Shown here one piece after another: positions 1 to 8,034 of a stretch of 64,000 bases of DNA. A model generated the notes under the pieces. The model searched no databases, was not told where the DNA came from, and saw only the letters and a list, made by a program, of their open reading frames with translations. The DNA lies in assembly GCF_009914755.1 (NCBI RefSeq), contig NC_060946.1, one strand, 5' to 3'. How positions within the stretch are numbered: position 1 is the stretch's first letter; each line of letters begins with the position of its first letter. A program made the position numbers and the translations under genes. Source of the stretch: the human T2T-CHM13v2.0 reference genome, Homo sapiens.

Positions 1-330
1 GTGGATGAATCTTGAAAATATTGTGCTACGTGTTATGTCAGTCATAGCAGCTCACCTATTGTGCAATTCCGTTTATAGGAAATGTCCACAATATGGAAAT
101 CTATGCATATGGGATTGATCGCACTAGGTAGTTGCTACCTAGGGCTGAGGGTCAGGGAGAGGGTTTGAGACAGAATGAGGAGTGACTAATGTCTACAGGG
201 TTTTTCTCTGGTCGGGGGTGATAAGACGTTCTACAATGGATTGCGAATTAAAATTGAATGTGCACAACCACAGGTATAGTAAAAGCCACTCAATTCATGA
301 CGTTTAATGGGGGAATCTTATGTGGCGCAC
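1..330 (+). mobile_element. Old L1M (L1MB-like) 3' end fragment
   Basis: gtggatgaatcttgaaaatattgtgcta...ttccgtttataggaaatgtcca...ggagtgactaatgtctacagggttt resembles the L1MB 3' UTR. The part from 159 on recurs inverted at ~7863-8034. Confidence 0.65.
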
Positions 331-534
331 TCTCATGGAGACCACGGCAGACATAGTGAGAGAGAAAAAGGTGAGTAAGTGTCTGAAACGGAGGCAGAAA
401 CAGAGAGAATGAAAAGCCCTGTGAATGGAAGGGAGAGCGAAAAGGGAAAATGGTCCTATTTACAAATGACGGATGTGAAACTGGGGTTCACATCAACAGT
501 GTCACTGCCAGGAAGGAGGGTCATGCTAGCCATG

Positions 535-3516
535 TCACCGGTAGTGTGGCCCGCAGGGACGCCGACCTGCTGGAGCGTCGTGCCAGCATGGGCTGTGGCA
601 TCCACGTGGGCCAGCAGGAGGTTCCCGCTGCACAGCTGTGGGGTGAGGATAGACTGGGTGGTGATATCGGCCATTACAGGGGCCTCTTCTGCTGGCAAGA
701 GTGTGACAGTAGCAAGTAGATGGACAGGCCTGTGTGTGAGGACGTAATGCAGGAGGGGCTCTTGTGCGGCTGGGTGTGGGGCCCTCACGGGAACCGTGGA
801 GAAATGGCCAGGTAACTGCGTCATGTGGGCTGGTAGATTGGCCAGGGCTTCGAACTGAAGGACGATAACGGGGAGTAGCTGTCAGGCCCTGGGAGTGCCT
901 GAGTGTAAGTGAAGATGGGTTTGGGGTCACTGAGGGATGCGTGGGAGCCATCCCTGTATAGGTACAGGTCGCAGGGAGATAGCCTCGTGAGGCCTGTGAG
1001 TGTCTAGGGTTGTCCTGGGTGCCTGGGGCTGACTGTGGCAGAAATCTGGGGAAGGCTGGAGAGAAGCTGGGAGACCCAGGAGAGTCCCTGAAGGCAGGGG
1101 GTGAAGAGGTGAAAGAAATGGGGGTGGGTTGCAGTAAGGTCCGTGAGTTTGTAGGTGATTCCTGGGTGCGGGAAGCTGACTCCAGGTGAAATCTGGAGAT
1201 GGTTGGAGAGTAGCTGAGAGAGACAGAAGAGTCCCTGAGGGTTGGGGGTGAGAACATGAGGGAGACGGGGGAGTAAGTCAGTGAAATTCGTGAGTTCGGT
1301 GGTGTATCGTGGGTGCCTGAAACTGACTCCAGCTGGAATCTAGAGAAGTTTTGAGAGTAGCTGAAAGAGACACAAGAGTCCCTGTGGGCTGAGGGCAAAG
1401 ACCTGAGAGAGACCAGGGAGGACCTCAGTGAAGTCTGTGAGTCTGTAGGTGATTCCGGAGTGTGGGAGGCTGACTCCCGCTGAAATGTGGGCGTGGTGGG
1501 AGAGTAGCTGGGACAGACAGGAGAGTCCCAGGGGGCTGGGGGTGAAGACATGAGAGAGAGTGGGGAGTAACTCAGTGAAATTGCTGAGTTGGTTGGTGAT
1601 ACCTGGGTGCCTGGAACTGACCCCCGCTGAAATCTGGGCATGGTTGGAGAGTAGCTGGGACACACAGGAGAGTCCCTGAGGGCTGGGGGTGAAGACATGA
1701 GAGAGACCGGGGAGTAACTGAGTGAAACTGGTGAGTTTGGTGGCGACTCCGGGGTGCGTGGAACTGACTCCAGCTGAAATGTGGGCGTGGTTGGAGAGTA
1801 GCTGGGACAGTCAGGAGAGTCCCTGAGGACTGGTGAAGACATGAGAGAGACTGGAGAGTAATTGAGTGAAATTGGTGAGTTTGGTGGTGATTCCTGGGTG
1901 CCTGGAACTGACTCCCGCTGAAGTGTGGGCGTGGTTGGAGAGTAGCTGGGACACACAGGAGAGTCCCTGAGGGTTGGAGATAAAGACGTGCTAGAGACTG
2001 AGGAGTAACTGAGTGAAATTGGGGAGTTTGGTGGTGATTCCGGGGTGCCTGGAACGGACTCCAGCTGAAATGTGGGCGTGGTTGGAGAGTAGCTGGGACA
2101 GACGGGAGAGTCCCTGAGGGATGGTGAAGACATGAGAGAGACTGGGGAGTAACGCAGTGAAATTGGTGAGTTTGGTGGTGATTTCTGGGTGCCTGCAACG
2201 GACTCCCGCTGAAGTGTGGGCGTGTTTGGAGAGTAGCTGGGACAGACAGGCGAGTCCCTGAGGGTTGGAGATAAAGACGTGCTGGAGACTGGGGAGTAAC
2301 TCAGTGAAAGTGGTGGGCTTGGTGGTGATCCCAGGGTTCCTGGAACTGACCCGCGCTGAAATGTGGGCGTGGTTGGAGAGTAGCTGGGACAGACTGGAGG
2401 GTCCGTAAGGGCTGGGGGTGAAGACGTGAGAGAGACTGGCGAGGATCTCACTGAGGTCTGTGAGTTTGTAGGTGTTTCTGGGGTGTGGGGTACAGACTCC
2501 CCCTGAAATCTGGGCGTAGTTGGAGAGTAGCTGGGACAGACAGGAGAGTCATGGGTGGCTGGGGGTGAGCTGCTGGATGATGGCAGTAAGAACATATGGT
2601 ACATTATTGATGAATGAGGTGACTGTGAAGAATCTCCAGAGGAGGACACGGGAGAACACAATGACATGAGTGACTGTCCTGCTTGGTTAGGAAAGGGAAA
2701 CGTAAAGTTGTGGAATTCTGTTGATGATGGATGTGAGAGTGGTGAAGCCCTGCGGGATGATGTAGAGGACTTCCACATCCCTGGTGAGGAGCTGCCCCTT
2801 GGGTCTGAGTTTCTGGGAGGGGAGAGGGAGAAGCTGGGTGAGGCAGGCATGAATCTTGAGGAGTCAGGGCTGGGGGACCGCTCATATTCTCCCGAGACCT
2901 GTGAGTCTCTGGGGGACTCCTGGGTGCATGGGGCTGACTCCCGCAGGAACCTGGGGGTGGCTGGAGAGTAACTGGGAGCCACAGGAGGGTCCCTGAGGCC
3001 TCGGGGTGAAGAGATGAAAGACACAGGGGTGGAGCACCGTGAGGCTCGTGAGTTGGTAGGTGATTCCTGGGTGTGGGGGGCAGACTCCAGCTGAAATCTG
3101 GGGTTGTTTGGAGAGTAGCTGGGAGGCACAGGAGACCCCCCGAGAGCTGGGGGTGAGATGCTGGGTGATGGCAGTAAGAACCTGTGGTATATTGTTGATG
3201 AACGTGGGGACTCTGAGGAATCCTCAGAGGAGGACACGGGAGAGCCCAATGGCTTCATTGATTGCCCATCACGGTGAGGACAGGGAAATGGGAGCTTGTG
3301 GGATTCTGGTGATGACAGAGGTGAGTGTGGTGAAGCCCTAGGGGATGGTGAATGGTAGCTCCGGATCCCTGGTGAGGAGCTTCCCCTTAAGCCTGAGTTT
3401 CTGAGAGGGGAGAGGGAGAAGCTGGGTGAGGCTCGCATGGACCTTGGGGTGTCCATGCTGGGGGACCGTTCATAAGAAGAGCCAGACAAGACCCTACTCT
3501 TCTTAGGTGCAGACAT
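535..3516 (-). CDS. Intact 993-aa Ser/Pro/Thr-rich repeat ORF encoded by ACRO1-type satellite, RNA Pol II CTD-like; expression unproven
   Basis: ATG with A at -3; 2982 nt without a stop; 49/48-aa tandem repeats; 17 YSP tripeptides, 6 of them YSPTTP; ATTAAA on the minus strand at 303-308, ~230 nt past the stop. Confidence 0.55.
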   Translation of the reverse strand: MSAPKKSRVLSGSSYERSPSMDTPRSMRASPSFSLSPLRNSGLRGSSSPGIRSYHSPSPRASPHSPLSSPESHKLPFPCPHRDGQSMKPLGSPVSSSEDSSESPRSSTIYHRFLLPSPSISPPALGGSPVPPSYSPNNPRFQLESAPHTQESPTNSRASRCSTPVSFISSPRGLRDPPVAPSYSPATPRFLRESAPCTQESPRDSQVSGEYERSPSPDSSRFMPASPSFSLSPPRNSDPRGSSSPGMWKSSTSSRRASPLSHPSSTEFHNFTFPFPNQAGQSLMSLCSPVSSSGDSSQSPHSSIMYHMFLLPSSSSSPPATHDSPVCPSYSPTTPRFQGESVPHTPETPTNSQTSVRSSPVSLTSSPPALTDPPVCPSYSPTTPTFQRGSVPGTLGSPPSPPLSLSYSPVSSTSLSPTLRDSPVCPSYSPNTPTLQRESVAGTQKSPPNSPISLRYSPVSLMSSPSLRDSPVCPSYSPTTPTFQLESVPGTPESPPNSPISLSYSSVSSTSLSPTLRDSPVCPSYSPTTPTLQRESVPGTQESPPNSPISLNYSPVSLMSSPVLRDSPDCPSYSPTTPTFQLESVPRTPESPPNSPVSLSYSPVSLMSSPPALRDSPVCPSYSPTMPRFQRGSVPGTQVSPTNSAISLSYSPLSLMSSPPAPWDSPVCPSYSPTTPTFQRESASHTPESPTDSQTSLRSSLVSLRSLPSAHRDSCVSFSYSQNFSRFQLESVSGTHDTPPNSRISLTYSPVSLMFSPPTLRDSSVSLSYSPTISRFHLESASRTQESPTNSRTLLQPTPISFTSSPPAFRDSPGSPSFSPAFPRFLPQSAPGTQDNPRHSQASRGYLPATCTYTGMAPTHPSVTPNPSSLTLRHSQGLTATPRYRPSVRSPGQSTSPHDAVTWPFLHGSREGPTPSRTRAPPALRPHTQACPSTCYCHTLASRRGPCNGRYHHPVYPHPTAVQREPPAGPRGCHSPCWHDAPAGRRPCGPHYR
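985..3190 (-). repeat. 147/144-bp tandem satellite (ACRO1-type), left copy
   Basis: The gagtagctg anchor (or a one-base variant) recurs at 1061, 1208, 1355, 1502, 1649, 1796, 1940, 2087, 2231, 2378, 2525, then 2966 and 3113. A 147-bp unit flanked by MER21 and L1MB pieces matches the ACRO1 composite as I recall it. Confidence 0.85.
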
Positions 3517-3569
3517 GATAAGGATAAGAAATAAGGATAAGTTCAGAAATAAATGTGGGGCCCAGCATG

Positions 3570-3740
3570 TGGGGAGGGGCGCTCTACCTTCCAGGAAGTG
3601 TTATCCAGAAGCTCTCTGAACCCAGTCCTTTTGGGTTTTGATGGAGACCTCATTCTATAGGCATGATGGGTTAAACCATACGCTATTGGTGATCAACTCC
3701 ACCTGAGGCTCTCCACCCTCCCTGGAAATTGGGTTTGAGG
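3570..3740. mobile_element. MER21-family LTR fragment in the palindrome spacer
   Basis: ccagaagctctctgaacccagtccttttgggttttgatggagacctcatt...ggcatgat...attggtgatcaactc; similar to the element at 22250-22350. Confidence 0.65.
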
Positions 3741-3822
3741 CTTTGCCATTCTCAGTCTGACTAAAAGAATTTACCCAAACGGAATTTTAAAACAGATGTG
3801 CATAACTGGAATCTTAATTAGA

Positions 3823-3833
3823 TGATTGGATTA
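3823..3833 (-). promoter_or_regulatory. DUX4-type double-homeodomain motif TAATCCAATCA
   Basis: Plus strand tgattggatta; its reverse complement is an exact match to the TAAYYYAATCA consensus. Confidence 0.65.
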
Positions 3834-4295
3834 TCTGGAGCCACACCTTGATATTCCTAACCCGAGCACCCTCATCCAACGAATTCTCCACCCAACTGGC
3901 TCCCAAGTCTCTACGTGGTTCCAGAGCAAAAGAATGTTTATACAACGCATATCTCCACCTTTTCTTCAAAGTCTTTTCGCTTACACGGAAAGACTTCTTC
4001 AACTGCCATGCATCAGGGTCAGGGGGAGGTCTTGTTACAACACAGATCTGCGGATCTCCGGGGTTTGATTGTGGCAGGGATGCTGCTGGTGTCAAAACCA
4101 CAACGTGGGAAGCACAGAACCACTAGTTGGTTTTCAGTGTTTCAGTGCATACAGTTCCTTATATATCTGGCCAAGAAATCTTGTAAGTTCTTAGATTGTC
4201 ACAAAGGTGGCGCATGAAATCAGAGCAGGAGAACAGTTTCCTACGAGGTGTATCCTGGGAAAGTTGGGGGTGACTGATGGAAAGGAGGAGTGAAG

Positions 4296-4365
4296 CTCCG
4301 CCCTTTCCGCTGCTAGGCTGCGCCCGAGGCTATTTAAACCCACCCTGGCTGGCCTGTACTCAGAT
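4296..4365 (+). promoter_or_regulatory. Pol II core promoter: GC box, TATA-like box, Inr-like site
   Basis: ctccgccc 4296-4303; tatttaaa 4331-4338; actcaga ~27-31 nt downstream; locally CpG-rich to ~4420; faces the ATG at 4678. Confidence 0.6.
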
Positions 4366-4487
4366 CTTCGCGGAGCGGATCAGCGGCCGGAGCGTTTGGC
4401 GGACTCTGCGTGGACTTGGAGCTCACAGCATCTTGCGACTTTGAAGCGGATTCAGAGGACAGGAGAGAACACTTGGGCAAGTGAATC

Positions 4488-4616
4488 TCTGTCTGTGTGT
4501 CTGTCTGTCTGTCCCATTGTTTGGTTGATTTCCATTTTCTTCAGGGGCACATACATCACACCGCACACACACAAACACACACACACACACACGCACACAC
4601 ACTCACGCACACACAC
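4488..4616 (+). repeat. (TCTG)n and (CA)n microsatellites in the putative leader/intron
   Basis: tctgtctgtgtgtctgtctgtctgtc at ~4488-4513; CA-rich run 4564-4616. Confidence 0.9.
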
Positions 4617-4677
4617 TCCTTCCTTCTGCGAGTTAGAACATTAGTAGGGGCCCCTGGGTGCTGCAGGTTTCCTAACC

Positions 4678-7658
4678 ATGTCTGCACCTAAGAACAGTAG
4701 GGTCTTGTCTGGCTCTTCTCTTGAACGGTCCCCCAGCCTGGACTCCCCATGGTCCATGCGAGCCTCACCCAGCTTCTCCCTCTCCCCTCACAGAAACTCA
4801 TGCTTAAGGGGAAGCTCCTCACCAGGGATCCGGAGCTACCATTCACCATCCCCTAGGGCTTCACCACACTCACCTCTGTCATCACCAGAATCCCACAAGC
4901 TCCCATTTCCCTGTCCTCACCGTGATGGGCAATCAATGAAGCCATTGGGCTCTCCCGTGTCCTCCTCTGAGGATTCCTCAGAGTCCCCACGTTCATCAAT
5001 AATATACCACATGTTCTGACTGCCATCACCCAGCAGCTCACCCCCAGCTCTGGGGGATCTCCTGTGTCTCCCCGCTACTCTCCAAACAACCCCAGATATC
5101 AGCTGGAGTCTGCCCCCCACACCCAGGAATCACCTACAAACTCACGATCCTCACAGTGCTCCACCCCTGTGTCTTTCATCTCTTCACCCCGAGGCCTCAG
5201 GGACCCTCCTGTGGCTCCCAGTTACTCTCCGGTCATCCCCAGGTTCCTGCGCGAGTCAGCCCCATGCACCCAGGGGTCCCCCAGAGACTCACAGGTCTCG
5301 GGAGAATATGAGCGGACCCCAGCCCTGACTCCTCAAGATTCATGTCTGCCTCACCCAGCTTCTCCCTCTCCCCTCCCAGAAACTCAGACCCAAGGGGCAG
5401 CTCCTCACCAGGGATGTGGAAGTCCTCTACATCTTCCCGCAGGGCTTCACCACTCTCACATCCATCATCAACAGAATTCCACAACTTTACTTTTCCCTTT
5501 CCTAACCAAGCAGGGCAGTCACTCAGGTCTTTGTGTTCTCCCGTGTCCTCCTCTGGAGATTCTTCACAGTCACCTCATTCATCAATAATATACCATATGT
5601 TCTTACTGCCATCATGCAGCAGCTCACACCCAGCCACCCATGACTCTCCTGTCTGTCCCAGCTACTCTCAAAATACGCCCAGATTTCAGCGGTAGTCTGT
5701 ACCACACACCCCAGAAACACCTGCAATCTCACAGACCTCAGTGAGATCCTCGCCAGTCTCTCTCACGTCTTCACCCCCAGCCCTTACGGACCCTCCAGTC
5801 TGTCCCAGCTACCCTCCAGCCACGCCAACATTTCAGCGCAGGTCAGTTCCACGAACCTGGGGATCACCACCAAGCCCACAACTGTCACTGAGTTACTCCC
5901 CAGTCTCCAACATGTCTTTATCTCCAACCCTCAGGGACTCGCCTGTCTGTCCCAGCTACTCTCCAAACACGCCCACACTTCAGCGAGAGTCCGTTGCAGG
6001 CACCCAGAAATCACCACCAAACTCACCAATTTCACTGCGTTACTACCCAGTCTCTCCCATGTCTTCACCATCCCTCAGGGACTCTCCCGTCTGTCCCAGC
6101 TACTCTCCAACCACGCCCACATTTCAGCTGGAGTCCGTTCCAAGCACCCCGGAATCACCACCAAACTCCCCAATTTCACTCAGTTACTCCTCAGTCTCTA
6201 GCACGTCTTTATCTCCAACCCTCAGGGACTCTCCTGTGTGTCCCAGCTACTCTCCAACCACGCCCACACTTCAGCGGGAGTCAGTTCCAGGCACCCAGGA
6301 ATCACCACCAAACTCACCAATTTCACTCAATTACTCTCCAGTCTCTCTCATGTCTTCACCAGCCCTCAGGGACTCTCCTGTCTGTCCCAGCTACTCTCCA
6401 ACCATGCCCACATTTCAGCTGGAGTCAGTTCCAGACAACCCGGAGTCACCACCAAACTCACCAGTTTCACTCAGTTACTCCCCCGTCTCTCTCATGTCTT
6501 CACCCCCAGCCCACAGGGACTCTCCTGTGTGTCCCAGCTACTCTCCAACCATGCCCAGATTTCAGGGGGAATCAGTTCCAGGCCCCCAGGTATCACCACC
6601 AAACTCAGCAGTTTCACTGAGTTACTCCCCACTCTCTCTCATGTCTTCACCCCCAGCCCCCTGGGACTCTCCTGTCTGTCCCAGCTACTCTCCCACCACG
6701 CCCACATTTCAGCGGGAGTCAGCCTCCCACACTCCGGAATCACCTTCAGTCTCCCAGACTTCACTGAGGTCCTCCCTGGTCTCTCTCATGTCTTTGCCCT
6801 CAGCCCACAGGTACTCTTGTGTCTCTTTCAGCTACTCTCAAAACTTCTCTAGATTCCAGCTGGAGTCAGTTTCAGGCACCCACGATACACCACCGAACTC
6901 ACGAATTTCACTGACTTACTCACCAGTCTCCCTCATGTTCTCACCCCCAACTCTCAGGGACTCTTCTGTCTCTCTCAGCTACTCTCCAACCATCTCCAGA
7001 TTTCACCTGGAGTCAGCTTCCCGCACCCAGGAATCACCTACAAAATCACGGACCTTACTGCAACCCTTCCCCATTTCTTTCACCTCTTCACCCCCTGCCT
7101 TCAGAGACTCTCCTGGGTCTCCCAGCTTCTCTCCAGCCTTCCCCAGATTTCTGCCACAGTCAGCCCCAGGCACCCAGGACAACCCTAGACACTCACAGGC
7201 CTCACGAGACTATCTCCCTATGACCTGTACCTATACAGGGATGGCTCCCACGCATCCCTCAGTGACCCCAAACCCATCTCCACTTACACTCAGGCACTCC
7301 CAGGGCCTGACAGCTACTCCCCGTTATTGTCCTTCGGTTCGAAGCCCTGGTCAATCTACCAGCCCACATGACGCAGTTACCTGGCCATTTCTCCACGGTT
7401 CCCGTGAGGGCCCCACACCCAGCCGCACAAGAGCCCCTCCTGCATTCCGTCCTCACACGCAGGCCTGTCCATCTACTTGCTACTGTCACACTCTTGCCAG
7501 CAGAAAAGGCCCCTTTTAATGGCCGATATCACCACCCAGTCTATCCTCCCCCCACAGCTGTGCAGCGGGAACCTCCTGCTGGCCCACGTGGATGCCACAG
7601 CCCATGCTGGCATGACGCTCCAGCAGGTCGGCGTCCCTGCTTGCCACACTACCGGTGA
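4678..7658 (+). pseudogene. Disrupted copy of the 993-aa ORF (right arm)
   Basis: Collinear with 535-3516 but has TTA>TGA (5017-5019), -1 indel ~5055, -1 indel ~5318, GAG>TAG (5693-5695) and +1 indel ~7514. The ORF-track pieces 4678-5019, 5064-5588, 5342-5695, 5741-7519 and 7368-7658 tile it. Confidence 0.85.
5005..7210 (+). repeat. 147/144-bp tandem satellite (ACRO1-type), right copy
   Basis: Repeated cccagctactctccaacc units mirroring the left copy. Confidence 0.85.
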
Positions 7659-8034
7659 TATGGCTAGCGTGATCCTCGTTCCTTGCAATGACACTGTTGA
7701 TGTGAACCCCAGTTTCACATCTGTCATTTGTAAATAGGACCATTTTCCCTTTTCGCTCTCCCTTCCATTCACAGGGCTTTTCATTCTCTCTGTTTCTGCC
7801 TCCATTTCAGATATTTACTCACCTTTTTCTCTCTCACTATGTCTGCCGTGTTCTCCATGAGAGTGCGCCACATAAGATTCCCCCATTAAAAGTCATGAAT
7901 TGAGTGGCTTTTAGTATACCTGTGGTTGTGCACATTCAATTTTAATTCGCAATCCATTGTAGAACGTCTTATCACCCCCGACCAGAGAAAATCCCTGTAG
8001 ACATTAGTCACTCATCATTCTGTCTCAAACCCTC

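Larger units (their letters stand above)
159..8034. repeat. Large imperfect inverted repeat: arms 159-3517 and 4677-8034, spacer 3518-4676
   Basis: gagggtttgagacagaatg (159) is the reverse complement of cattctgtctcaaaccctc (ends 8034). cttaggtgcagacatg (ends 3517) mirrors catgtctgcacctaag (4677). The translated arms are collinear; arm lengths are 3359 and 3358 bp. Confidence 0.97.

Noticed and set aside
1340-2198. Alternative-frame ORFs (107 aa, 208 aa; also 5994-6620 and 6238-6852) with QAPRNHHQ / SQLLSNH repeats
   Set aside because: Shadows of the frame-preserving 147-bp repeat; shorter and broken in diverged units.
985-3190. 147 bp equals nucleosome core DNA length
   Set aside because: A linker-less 147-bp period cannot phase nucleosomes one per unit; 7 x 21 nt explains the length more simply.
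535-3516. Calling the ORF POLR2A or a mucin
   Set aside because: No polymerase catalytic motifs, no perfect YSPTSPS array, and no signal peptide or transmembrane segment; only resemblance is supported.
5741-7519. 592-aa ORF as a separate gene
   Set aside because: Starts at a GTG just after a nonsense codon; it is a fragment of the disrupted right-arm copy.
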